Assembly (NCBI GenBank): GCA_041159435.1
Contig: JBEAYH010000048.1
Location: forward strand, 1-58,665
Length of the DNA: 58,665 nucleotides
Direction: 5' to 3'
Source: Bacteroidota bacterium
GTDB lineage: Bacteria; Bacteroidota; Bacteroidia; Chitinophagales; Chitinophagaceae
Shown here: positions 49,764-58,665 of the stretch, piece by piece
Layout of the letters: each line of letters opens with the position of its first letter
Position numbering within the stretch: position 1 is the first letter of the stretch
Position numbers and translations under genes: made by a program
Notes under the pieces: model-generated
Told to the model about the DNA's origin: nothing
Database searches by the model: none
Seen by the model: the letters and a program-made list of their open reading frames with translations, nothing else

Positions 49764-50465
49764 ATGAGAATCGAGTCCCCACTCTTTTATCAATCCAATC
49801 TCTCTGCTGATCAATCAGTTCTTTCATTGGAAGAAGATACACGTAAACACGTTGTAACCGTTTTGAGAATGAAAGAAGGGGATATGTTGATGCTGACAAA
49901 TGGAAAAGGACTTTCTGCGCATGCGACCATACAACGTATGGAGAAAAAGCAAACCTATGTAACAGTTGACAGTTTTCAGGAATATGAAAGAAAAGGAATG
50001 CACATTTCACTTGGCATTTCACTGCTAAAGAACAATACGCGTTTTGAATGGATGTTGGAAAAAGTGACTGAGTTGGGAGTATATGAAATATTTCCACTTG
50101 TATTGGATCGAACCGAACGCCAGCATTTTCGAAAAGAACGATTTGAACAAATCATCCGCAGTGCTTGTCTGCAATCAGAACAATTTTTGTTTCCTGCTTT
50201 GCATGATCCACATGGTTTACATGAATTATTCAACCGTAAAGATCTCCCCGATGTTCGGATGATTGCACATTGTTATGAAAATGAAAAATTTCCTGCAGTA
50301 AAAACTACTGATCACAGTTTGTTGCTGATTGGTCCGGAAGGTGATTTTACATCAGATGAACTGCAGTTCGCTTTGACAAATGGATGCAAGCCACTTTCTC
50401 TTGGAGAGACCAGGTTGCGCACAGAAACAGCTGCCATTGCAGGTGTTGTTTTGTTAAGGGGCTAG
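49764..50465 (+). CDS. rsmE: 16S rRNA (uracil-1498-N3)-methyltransferase
   Basis: HVVTVLRM, EK.TELGV, IGPEGDF and LG.TRLRTETA. Confidence 0.92.
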   Translation: MRIESPLFYQSNLSADQSVLSLEEDTRKHVVTVLRMKEGDMLMLTNGKGLSAHATIQRMEKKQTYVTVDSFQEYERKGMHISLGISLLKNNTRFEWMLEKVTELGVYEIFPLVLDRTERQHFRKERFEQIIRSACLQSEQFLFPALHDPHGLHELFNRKDLPDVRMIAHCYENEKFPAVKTTDHSLLLIGPEGDFTSDELQFALTNGCKPLSLGETRLRTETAAIAGVVLLRG

Positions 50466-51503
50466 TAATTTCTTGACGATACCCGGACCTTCATAAATGA
50501 AGCCAGTCCACACTTGCACGAGGGATGCACCTAATTGAATTTTATTCTGGTAATCTTTTTTTGAAAAAACACCACCGCTTGCAATGATAGGAACTTTGCC
50601 CTCTGTAAGGCCAATGAGTTCTTCTAGCACTTCATCTGATTTGTTTTTCAAAGGCGCTCCACTGAGTCCGCCTGCACCAATCTGATTGGATTTGTTTTTG
50701 CTTGCATTGCTCAGGTTTTCTTTGTCAATTGTTGTATTGCTCGATACCAGTCCGTCGAGTTTTACTTCTTTGCAGATGGCAGCAATGTCTTGCAGCTGTT
50801 CTTTGGTTAAATCAGGTGCAATTTTCAGCAACAGCGGTTTTGGATTTTTTCTCGATTGATTGTTATCCTGCAATTTTTGTAAGATCTGCAGCAACGCATC
50901 TTTCTCTTGCAATGCTCTTAATCCGGGTGTATTGGGTGAACTGACATTCACAACAAAATAATCCACCACATCAAACAATTCATCGAAGCAGATCAAATAA
51001 TCTTTCCACGCTTCTTCGTTGGGAGTCGTTTTATTTTTTCCAATATTGCCTCCAATGATCATCTTCCCTCCTCCCTTCTCCCTCTTCCCTCGCAACTCTT
51101 TGTACAATCTCAATCGCTCTCTGATTACTTCAACCCCATCATTGTTGAACCCCATTCGGTTGATCAATGCCTTGTCTTGCGGAAGTCTGAATAGCCTGGG
51201 TTTTTCATTGCCCGCTTGGGGTTTTGGCGTAACTGTCCCAACTTCCACAAATCCGAATCCCAATGCTTCCAATTCTTTGAGGTATGCAGCATTTTTATCG
51301 AATCCCGCACCCAGTCCCACACTGTTTCTAAATTGGAGTCCAAACAGCTTTTTTTCCAAATGATCACCCTTTGGGGCGTACCAATTTTTCAGGAAATACC
51401 TCGGTATGGGGAATTTGCAAATGCATTTGAGCAGGTTCATGGAGAAGTAATGCGCTCTTTCGGCATCGAGTAAAAAAAGAACATTTCTGATTACCTGATA
51501 CAT
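50454..51503 (-). CDS. pyrD: Quinone-dependent dihydroorotate dehydrogenase
   Basis: E.AH, AGFDKN, NRMGFNN, NVSSPNTPGLR, KIAPD and GGLSG.PL. Start at MYQVI, below TACATTTG at 51509-51516. Confidence 0.95.
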   Translation of the reverse strand: MYQVIRNVLFLLDAERAHYFSMNLLKCICKFPIPRYFLKNWYAPKGDHLEKKLFGLQFRNSVGLGAGFDKNAAYLKELEALGFGFVEVGTVTPKPQAGNEKPRLFRLPQDKALINRMGFNNDGVEVIRERLRLYKELRGKREKGGGKMIIGGNIGKNKTTPNEEAWKDYLICFDELFDVVDYFVVNVSSPNTPGLRALQEKDALLQILQKLQDNNQSRKNPKPLLLKIAPDLTKEQLQDIAAICKEVKLDGLVSSNTTIDKENLSNASKNKSNQIGAGGLSGAPLKNKSDEVLEELIGLTEGKVPIIASGGVFSKKDYQNKIQLGASLVQVWTGFIYEGPGIVKKLLAP

Positions 51504-51561
51504 GTTGGCAAATGTAAACTTTGTATTTCGTAAATTCGGGATCATCCTAAAATCAGCACAC

Positions 51562-52737
51562 ATGCAAGAAGCATATATCGTTGCAGGCTATCGTACCGCT
51601 GTAACAAAATCAAAGCGAGGTGGATTCAGATTCACACGTCCTGATGATCTTGCCATTGAGGTAATCAAGGGACTCATGCAATCCGTTCCGCAAGTGGAAG
51701 CAGCATTGATCGACGATGTGATAGTTGGAAATGCTGTACCCGAGGCAGAACAAGGATTACAGGTGGGTAGGATCATAGCTGCAAGAGCATTGGGACATCA
51801 TGCACCTGGCATCACCATCAACCGGTATTGTGCATCTGGACTTGAAAGCATTGCCATGGCGACTGCTAAAATCAGATCAGGAATGGCTGAATGTATCATT
51901 GCAGGTGGTGTAGAGAGCATGAGTTTTGTACCCGCTTCCGGATGGAAAACGGTTCCATCATATGATATTGTTTCACATGAGCCTGATTTTTATTTGAACA
52001 TGGGATTGACAGCCGAGGCCGTTGCAAAAGAATACAAGGTTTCAAGAGAAGAACAAGATGCATTTGCACTTTCTTCCCATCAAAAAGCCTTGCAGGCTAT
52101 TCAACAGGGGCATTTTAAAAATGGAATTCTTCCTATCACAGTGGAGGAAGTTTATTTGGATCAAAAAGGAAAGAAACAAAAAAGAAGTTTTGTGGTTGAT
52201 ACCGATGAAGGTGTGCGTGCAGATACGAGTTTGGATGGACTCGGCAAACTCAAGCCAGCATTTTCGGTCAATGGAACAGTCACTGCAGGCAATGCATCAC
52301 AAACAAGTGATGGTGCCGCTTTTGTATTGGTGGTGAGTGAAAAAATGCTCAAGCAGTTTGACTTAAAACCCATTGGAAGATTGATTCATTGTGATGTTGC
52401 AGGGGTTCACCCGCGCATCATGGGAGTGGGACCTATAGAAGCCATTCCAAAAGCATTGAAAAGAGCAAATATGTCGATCGATCAAATTGATCAGATTGAA
52501 TTGAATGAAGCATTTGCTTCTCAGTCAATTGCCATCATAAAAACCTTGGGACTGGATATTGCCAAAGTCAATATCAATGGAGGTGCCATTGCATTGGGTC
52601 ATCCACTTGGTTGCACAGGAGCAAAATTGACTGTCCAGTTGTTAGGCGATCTGAAGAGAACGAACAAGCAATATGGGATGGTTTCAGCCTGTGTAGGAGG
52701 TGGACAAGGCATTGCGGGCATTTTTGAGCGATTCTAA
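51562..52737 (+). CDS. fadA: Acetyl-CoA C-acyltransferase (thiolase)
   Basis: NRYCASG, NEAFA, GHPLG and CVGGG. Start at MQEAY. Confidence 0.9.
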   Translation: MQEAYIVAGYRTAVTKSKRGGFRFTRPDDLAIEVIKGLMQSVPQVEAALIDDVIVGNAVPEAEQGLQVGRIIAARALGHHAPGITINRYCASGLESIAMATAKIRSGMAECIIAGGVESMSFVPASGWKTVPSYDIVSHEPDFYLNMGLTAEAVAKEYKVSREEQDAFALSSHQKALQAIQQGHFKNGILPITVEEVYLDQKGKKQKRSFVVDTDEGVRADTSLDGLGKLKPAFSVNGTVTAGNASQTSDGAAFVLVVSEKMLKQFDLKPIGRLIHCDVAGVHPRIMGVGPIEAIPKALKRANMSIDQIDQIELNEAFASQSIAIIKTLGLDIAKVNINGGAIALGHPLGCTGAKLTVQLLGDLKRTNKQYGMVSACVGGGQGIAGIFERF

Positions 52738-52739
52738 TT

Positions 52740-52783
52740 TTTGCAATACTGTTGCAAATTTTAAATTTTCTTCCTTAGCTTTG
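52740..52783 (+). promoter_or_regulatory. Palindromic operator TTTGCAA-N5-TTGCAAA (52740-52758) overlapping the -33 region of a promoter with -7 TAGCTTTG (52776-52783)
   Basis: Inverted repeat and promoter element seen directly; the regulator identity is inferred. Confidence 0.65.
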
Positions 52784-52799
52784 TTCCTCATCTGCAGAA

Positions 52800-55172
52800 A
52801 TGAGGTTCACTTTTATCTTGTCGTTTATTCTATTGCATCAGCTGCATGCGTTTGCGCAATGCACTTACTCCATCAGTGGAGTAATCAGGGATGAAGACCA
52901 ACAAATACTGCTTGAGAAAGCTACTGTAAGCATTGTCGAGTTGAATAAATCTGTCATGACAAGTGCCTCAGGTCGATACAATTTTAATGGATTGTGTCAG
53001 GGCGATTATACCATTAAAGTTACACATGCTGACTGTCAGACCATTGAGATGCATATTCATTTGAAGGATGATATGCAGCAGGACTTTGTTCTCTCACATA
53101 CTGAAAATCGTTTGAAGGAAGTAGTAGTGGTTGGAACATCTGTGGTTCGTCCGGAAGGAATGACAGGCGAGTTGAAAGGAAGACAATTGCTCTCCACACG
53201 TGGAGCCAGTTTGGGAGAATCGCTGCAAAAAATTGCTGGGGTAACGGTTCTGCAAACAGGTAATAATATTTACAAGCCCGTCATTCAAGGTTTACACAGC
53301 AGCAGGGTGCTGATCTTGAACAACGGAATAAGACAAGAGGGACAACAATGGGGAAGTGAGCATGCTCCAGAAATTGATCCCTATGTTGCAAATCGATTGA
53401 CTGTCATCAAAGGCGCAGCATCTGTTCGATATGGCGGCGACGCCATCGGTGGTGTTGTGTTGGTGGAACCCAGATTATTACAATACAGAAAGGACTTGAG
53501 TGGTGAGGTCAATGTTGCTGCTTTCTCCAACAACAGACAAGGGGTGATCAGTGCACTGATTGAAAGTGCATTTGACAAGAAAGAAAAAACTGCCTGGCGT
53601 TTGCAAGGCACATTCAAGAGAGGCGGAAATGCAAGAACGCCATCCTATTGGTTGAAGAACTCTGCATTGGAAGAAGCCAACATGTCTGCTTCCTTTGGAT
53701 GGAGGGACAAGACAAAAGGCCTGGAGGTTTTTTATAGTTTGTTCCATACCCGAATCGGCATTTTCAGTGGCTCGCATATAGGGAACCTGACGGATTTGCA
53801 AAATGTGATTGCTTTGCAGGAACCACCTGTGTATATCAAGAATGCTGATTTTTCTTACGAGATCGATCGTCCTTTTCAGGCTGTTCAACACCAGCTATTG
53901 AAAATAAAAACATACAAAGAATACGACGACAAGTACCGCATCAATCTCATCTTATCAAGCCAATACAATCAAAGAAGGGAATTTGACAACATTCGTTCTG
54001 AATCTGTTTTGCCACAGTTGGAATTGAATCTGCTTACCAATATGGCTGATTTTATTTTGGAACATTTTAAACATCCTCTCTTCAAAGGTTCAATGGGTGT
54101 AAATATCATGCACCAGGCCAATTCAATTAATTACAGGTATTTTGTTCCCAACTATCAGTCTTTTGATGTTGGAGTGTGGGCTGCTGAAAAATATCAAAAA
54201 AACAAATGGCAGCTTGAAGCAGGTCTTCGTTATGATATCAGGAACCGTTTTGGTATTTCTGACAACGACAAGGAACCCTTTGATCTGCTGACTGGAAATG
54301 CATTATTACCTGGAGCTCCCTACGGCACCACTTTGTTTCAGGGAATTTCCGGGACGGGCCTCGTTGCCTATAAATTAGATGATGCAGTAAGAATCTCTTT
54401 CACCCTTTCTTCTGCTTGGAGGGCCCCTCAAATCAATGAATTGTTCAGCAACGGATTGCATCATGGTGCTGCAAGAATTGAAAAAGGATTCATGGGCTTG
54501 AAAGCAGAACGTGCATACAGTGCAATGGGGACATTGATTGTAAAAAAAGAGAAATGGGAAATCGATTGGGGTGTCTATAATAAATGGATCAATGATTTTA
54601 TTTATCTCCAACCCGGATTTCCTCCCTTGCTGACAATACGTGGTGCATTTCCTGTATTTGATTATACGCAGACCAATGCCAATCTGTCTGGAACTGATTG
54701 GAGTATGATTTATAGAATCAACAATCATCTAACTGCTGGGGCAAAGCTATCCTTGCTGAGAGCATTTGATCTTAAAGCGAAAACATGGCTTATTCAAATG
54801 CCTTCCGATCGCTATGAATCAGATTTGGAGTACAGCTTTGCAGATGGCAAGAGAACCAAACAGCCTTATGTCAAAATAATTTTTCAACATGTAACAAGAC
54901 AACAACGCGTTCCTCCAACAGGCAATATTGAGGTGAAGGATGTTTTGGGGAATGTTACCATGAAGTCCGACTACATTGATCCCCCTGCAGCATACAGCTT
55001 GGTAAATTTCGAGGCGGGCACCGGACTTGAAAGCAAGACGCATAAAATAGATATTGTATTCAATGTATTTAATGCTCTCAATGTGTCCTACAGAGATTAC
55101 ATGAATGCTTTTCGCTATTTCAGTTTAGATCGTGGTAGAAATATTTCACTCAAGATTAAATATTCACTATAA
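52800..55172 (+). CDS. TonB-dependent receptor, probably metal (zinc)-uptake type
   Basis: Signal peptide, N-terminal carboxypeptidase-regulatory-like domain, L.EVVV TonB box, plug KPVIQGL...QQWGSEHAPEIDP...KGA.SVRYG, His motifs GSHIGN and NGLHHG, and GRNISLKIKY C-terminal strand. Confidence 0.85.
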   Translation: MRFTFILSFILLHQLHAFAQCTYSISGVIRDEDQQILLEKATVSIVELNKSVMTSASGRYNFNGLCQGDYTIKVTHADCQTIEMHIHLKDDMQQDFVLSHTENRLKEVVVVGTSVVRPEGMTGELKGRQLLSTRGASLGESLQKIAGVTVLQTGNNIYKPVIQGLHSSRVLILNNGIRQEGQQWGSEHAPEIDPYVANRLTVIKGAASVRYGGDAIGGVVLVEPRLLQYRKDLSGEVNVAAFSNNRQGVISALIESAFDKKEKTAWRLQGTFKRGGNARTPSYWLKNSALEEANMSASFGWRDKTKGLEVFYSLFHTRIGIFSGSHIGNLTDLQNVIALQEPPVYIKNADFSYEIDRPFQAVQHQLLKIKTYKEYDDKYRINLILSSQYNQRREFDNIRSESVLPQLELNLLTNMADFILEHFKHPLFKGSMGVNIMHQANSINYRYFVPNYQSFDVGVWAAEKYQKNKWQLEAGLRYDIRNRFGISDNDKEPFDLLTGNALLPGAPYGTTLFQGISGTGLVAYKLDDAVRISFTLSSAWRAPQINELFSNGLHHGAARIEKGFMGLKAERAYSAMGTLIVKKEKWEIDWGVYNKWINDFIYLQPGFPPLLTIRGAFPVFDYTQTNANLSGTDWSMIYRINNHLTAGAKLSLLRAFDLKAKTWLIQMPSDRYESDLEYSFADGKRTKQPYVKIIFQHVTRQQRVPPTGNIEVKDVLGNVTMKSDYIDPPAAYSLVNFEAGTGLESKTHKIDIVFNVFNALNVSYRDYMNAFRYFSLDRGRNISLKIKYSL

Positions 55173-55189
55173 AGTAAAAATCAAATCAC

Positions 55190-55744
55190 ATGAAAACTTC
55201 CAATTTGTTCACTTTTTTGTTATTGGCTATTGTAGGATTGACAAGCTGTAAAAAAGAAAAGGTTGATCCCAATGAAGGAGAATTGATCACAACTGTAAGG
55301 GTAAAGCTAACCGAGAAAGTTCTTGGCGGAACGGGACCTTTGACAGTTTTTGAATTCAAAGACCTGGATGGCGAAGGCGGTGCTGCACCTTCCAAGTTTG
55401 ATGAGATCACCGTTCAAAAAGGTAAGATTTACGACTGCGTCTTAGAAATTTTAAATGAGAGTGTAAGTCCTGCGGACAATATTACAGCTGAAATTGTTGC
55501 AGAAGCCAATGATCATCAGCTCTACTACTCGGCTACCAATGGACTGGTGAGTTTCAGCAATTTCAATGCAGACGGAAAAGGATTTCCACTTGGAACAACC
55601 TCTCTTTGGACTGTTTCCTCCAACACCGGTAGTGGTATACTGAACATCACTTTGAAGCACAAGCCTGGTGCCAAGACTGCCAACGACAACATCAGTGTTG
55701 GTGAGACGGATATTGCATTGGATTTCAAGGTGAAGGTTCTTTGA
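55190..55744 (+). CDS. Surface lipoprotein partner of the TonB-dependent receptor
   Basis: Lipobox LTS-C followed by KKEK; ELITTV, DLDGEGG, E.I..EA.DHQ, L.H.P and GETDI. Confidence 0.75.
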   Translation: MKTSNLFTFLLLAIVGLTSCKKEKVDPNEGELITTVRVKLTEKVLGGTGPLTVFEFKDLDGEGGAAPSKFDEITVQKGKIYDCVLEILNESVSPADNITAEIVAEANDHQLYYSATNGLVSFSNFNADGKGFPLGTTSLWTVSSNTGSGILNITLKHKPGAKTANDNISVGETDIALDFKVKVL

Positions 55745-55767
55745 TCGGGAGCCGGTAACTTTGACAC

Positions 55768-56217
55768 ATGGAATTATCTATCAATACCCCTGCATTGTTG
55801 TTTCCTGCGATCAGCTTGTTGCTGTTGGCATATACCAATAGATTTCTGGCCATTGCCAATTTAGTGCGCAAGTTGTTTGATGAATACAATAAAGTAAATG
55901 ACAAGGAGAATCTTGCTGCACAAATTAAAAGTCTCCGGAATCGTTTGAATTATATCAGGTACATGCAGGGGTTTGGTGTTTTCAGTTTTCTGTTGTGCGT
56001 AAGTTCCATGTATTTTGTATACAATATGTGGCAGTCAATGGCCAAGGCAACCTTTGCCATCAGTTTGATTTCATTGATGATCTCACTCATATTTTCTTTG
56101 GTAGAAATACTGAAAAGCACTTCAGCTTTGGAGCTTTTGTTGAGTGAAGTAGAGGGGTTGACAGATCAATCATTGCTTGATAAAATGTTGCATCGCAAGG
56201 AAGAATCAAAAGACTGA
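55768..56217 (+). CDS. DUF2721 family membrane protein
   Basis: TPALLFPAISLLLLAYTNRF...QI..LR.R...EI..ST.AL. TAACTTTG at 55756-55763. Confidence 0.8.
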   Translation: MELSINTPALLFPAISLLLLAYTNRFLAIANLVRKLFDEYNKVNDKENLAAQIKSLRNRLNYIRYMQGFGVFSFLLCVSSMYFVYNMWQSMAKATFAISLISLMISLIFSLVEILKSTSALELLLSEVEGLTDQSLLDKMLHRKEESKD

Positions 56218-57987
56218 TCAGATTCTCTTTCTTTCTCCAATTTGCTGTCTCCACATGGCGTAGTAGAGTCCCTTGAGTGCAATCAAATCGTCGTGGGATC
56301 CCGTTTCTACAATTTCGCCTTTCTCCAATACATAAATTCTGTCTGCATGCATGATGGTTGAAAGTCTGTGTGCAATCAACAAAGTGATTTGCTCTTTTCT
56401 TGCTGAGATCGAACGGATGGTTTCTGTAATTTCTTCCTCTGTGATAGAGTCCAGTGCTGATGTTGCTTCATCAAAGAGCAAAAGACGTGGATTTCTGAGC
56501 AAAGCCCTCGCAATTGAAATGCGTTGTTTTTCACCACCTGATAATTTCAATCCCCCCTCACCAATCACGCTGTCCATTCCCTTGTCAGCTCTTTTTAACA
56601 AGGAGTGACAGGAAGCTTTGTCCAATGCCTCTTGAAGATCCTGCTCCGATGCAGACGGGTTTACAAAAAGTAAATTTTCTTTGATGGTTCCAGAGAACAA
56701 TTGGGTGTCTTGTGTAACAAATCCTATTTGTTTTCTGAGGTCCTCAAAGTTGATTTCATTTTCATCCAAGCCGTTGTATAAAATTTTTCCTTCTTGCGGA
56801 CGGTAGAGTCCAACGAGCAATTTCATCAAGGTTGTTTTGCCAGAACCAGATGGACCAACAAACGCAACGGTTTCGCCCCTGTTGACACTGAATGAAATAT
56901 TATCTATGGCTTTTTGTTTCGCTGTGATATGCTGAAAACCAACTTGATTGAATTGCAGTGTTTCAATGCTGCCCAGATGGATGGGAACTTCCGGAACTTT
57001 CTCTGGTTCTTTTTCCATCAGTTTATGGTAATTGCCAATGGATGCTTCTGCTTCTCTGTAAGACAATATGATGTTTCCAATTTCTTGAAGTGGACCAAAA
57101 ATGAAAAAGGAGAAGAATTGCATGGTGACCATTTCGTGAGGCTGCATCGAATCTTTGAAAATCAGATACATCAACAAAAACAAAATAACCTGTCTCAGTG
57201 TATTTACCAGTGTTCCCTGCAAGAAACTGATGCTTCTGATTCTTTTCACTTTTGTTAATTCTAGTCCCAGTATTTTATAGGTATCCGCATTCAAGCGTTT
57301 TACCTCTTGCTGTGTGAGTCCAAGACTTTTTACCAATTCGATGTTTCTCAAACTTTCCGTAGTTGTTCCAGCAAGTGAAGTGGTACTGCTGACGATATTT
57401 TTTTGGATTTGTTTTACTTTCTTGCTCAGCAAATTGGTGCCAATACTCAAGAGGGTAATTCCAACTATGTAAGCAATAGGGACAGACCAATGGATATATA
57501 TAGATGCATATACGAATACAAAAGTGATACCTACCAGTATGGCAAACATTGCATTCAGAAAATAGTTGATGAATTTTTCAGTATCGGTTCTTACTTTGGT
57601 GAGTACGCTTAAAGTTTCACCACTGCGCTGGTCTTCAAATTCCTGGTAAGGAAGTTTCATGGCATGTTGAAGTCCGTCGGTGAAAATTCTCGCACCAAAT
57701 TTTTGAATGACAACATTTGCAAAATAGTCCTGGAAATTCTTGGCGATTCTGCTTACCATGGCAGTTCCCATCGACATCAGCAAGAGGGAGAGGGTAGTGG
57801 AAAAGAACAAGTCCCAAGTCATGGGATGACCATCTTCCTGATTGGTATTGATTTCTTGGGAAAGTTTGATGATCCTTCCAAAAATGATTGGATCAATCAG
57901 GGAGAATACGGTGTTGATCGTAGCCAATAACAAAGTGAGTGCAATCAGCCATTTGTATGGTTTGAGGTAAGTTGCCAGTAATTTCAT
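56218..57987 (-). CDS. ABC exporter, fused TMD-NBD
   Basis: TM domain plus [26 protein letters not shown] and IAHRLST. TAATTTTG at 57992-57999. Confidence 0.92.
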   Translation of the reverse strand: MKLLATYLKPYKWLIALTLLLATINTVFSLIDPIIFGRIIKLSQEINTNQEDGHPMTWDLFFSTTLSLLLMSMGTAMVSRIAKNFQDYFANVVIQKFGARIFTDGLQHAMKLPYQEFEDQRSGETLSVLTKVRTDTEKFINYFLNAMFAILVGITFVFVYASIYIHWSVPIAYIVGITLLSIGTNLLSKKVKQIQKNIVSSTTSLAGTTTESLRNIELVKSLGLTQQEVKRLNADTYKILGLELTKVKRIRSISFLQGTLVNTLRQVILFLLMYLIFKDSMQPHEMVTMQFFSFFIFGPLQEIGNIILSYREAEASIGNYHKLMEKEPEKVPEVPIHLGSIETLQFNQVGFQHITAKQKAIDNISFSVNRGETVAFVGPSGSGKTTLMKLLVGLYRPQEGKILYNGLDENEINFEDLRKQIGFVTQDTQLFSGTIKENLLFVNPSASEQDLQEALDKASCHSLLKRADKGMDSVIGEGGLKLSGGEKQRISIARALLRNPRLLLFDEATSALDSITEEEITETIRSISARKEQITLLIAHRLSTIMHADRIYVLEKGEIVETGSHDDLIALKGLYYAMWRQQIGERKRI

Positions 57988-58035
57988 ACTGCAAAATTAC
58001 ACCAATTTTACCCACTGATGTTTAAACGTTGAACT

Positions 58036-58665
58036 TCAGCTTTTTCTGAAAGTCCATTTGATCATTTCTTTCCAGGTAACTTTTTTCCCGTAAAGCAAAA
58101 TGCCTGTTCTGTAAATCTTTCCTGCAAACCAGGTGGTGAATACAAAGCCTCCTATCAAGCTCAACATGGATGCTGCCAGTTGCCAGTAGGGAACCGTGTT
58201 CGGCACGCCAAATGGTATTCTACCCATCATGATGATGGGCGATGTGAAAGGAATGATGCTCATCCATACAGATAAATTGCTGCTTGGATTGGCCAGCACA
58301 CCGTTGAGTACAACAAATGAAAAAATAATGGGCATGGTGATGGGAAGCATCAGCTGTTGTGCTTCCTGCGGATCTTCATTGATTACGCTTCCAACTGCTG
58401 CAAAGAGGGATGCATAAAAAAGATATCCTCCCAAAAAATAAAACAGAAAGAATCCGATGATCAGGAACCAATTGACTCCTTCCGTAAGGGTTGCTTTTGC
58501 TTCCATGATTTTGGATGCCATATCAGTATTTGCCATTGAAGCTCCTGGCACTTGTGATTGTTGCATTTGTTGTGCCTGTTGAATGGTTTCTGTTGGTATA
58601 AACATGGAGAGCGAGGTTGACAATGCAACAATAAGTGCTATCCACAGGAGTAATTGTGTAAGTCC
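58036..58665 (-). CDS. ABC-2 type permease (NatB-like), 5' truncated by the window
   Basis: Frame is open to the window edge (GLTQLLLW...). GYLFYASLFAAVGS, S.IPFTSPI.M..R and KIYRTGILLYGKK. Confidence 0.85.
   Translation of the reverse strand, partial: GLTQLLLWIALIVALSTSLSMFIPTETIQQAQQMQQSQVPGASMANTDMASKIMEAKATLTEGVNWFLIIGFFLFYFLGGYLFYASLFAAVGSVINEDPQEAQQLMLPITMPIIFSFVVLNGVLANPSSNLSVWMSIIPFTSPIIMMGRIPFGVPNTVPYWQLAASMLSLIGGFVFTTWFAGKIYRTGILLYGKKVTWKEMIKWTFRKS

Noticed and set aside
1-58665. CRISPR array, prophage, IS/transposase, integrase, retron/RT or defence genes
   Set aside because: No repeat-spacer periodicity and no ORF with such motifs; almost all bases are accounted for by core genes.
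1-58665. Alternative genetic code, programmed frameshift, selenocysteine or intein
   Set aside because: All recognisable genes are full-length single ORFs in code 11, TGA, TAG and TAA all act as stops, and DnaB has no insertion.

Overview
A very compact, roughly 40% GC chromosomal stretch of core genes from a member of Bacteroidota, most likely a Chitinophagaceae-like organism. The evidence is TAnnTTTG promoters, a fused lpxC-fabZ, porX, bshA and the pheT-zapB-zapA-rny order. It holds about 53 CDSs covering cell wall, lipid A, nucleotide metabolism, the Clp/trigger factor operon, DNA repair and replication, and a metal-type TonB-dependent receptor, plus one tRNA-Leu(TAG). I found no CRISPR array, prophage, IS element, integrase or defence island, and I cannot support a large novel system here. 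The best leads are small: (1) a stand-alone T9SS-CTD-like ORF with no signal peptide, antisense between zapB and zapA; (2) a DsbD whose own alpha domain lacks the redox Cys pair, next to a free alpha domain that has it; (3) several genes whose -7 promoter lies only 4-6 nt from the start codon, so probably leaderless; (4) a palindromic operator over the promoter of a ZnuD-like receptor/lipoprotein pair; (5) a cluster of HD, PorX and PhnP-like phosphohydrolases; (6) a GC-rich patch in the 3' end of rny. All product calls come from motif recognition by eye; no searches were run.
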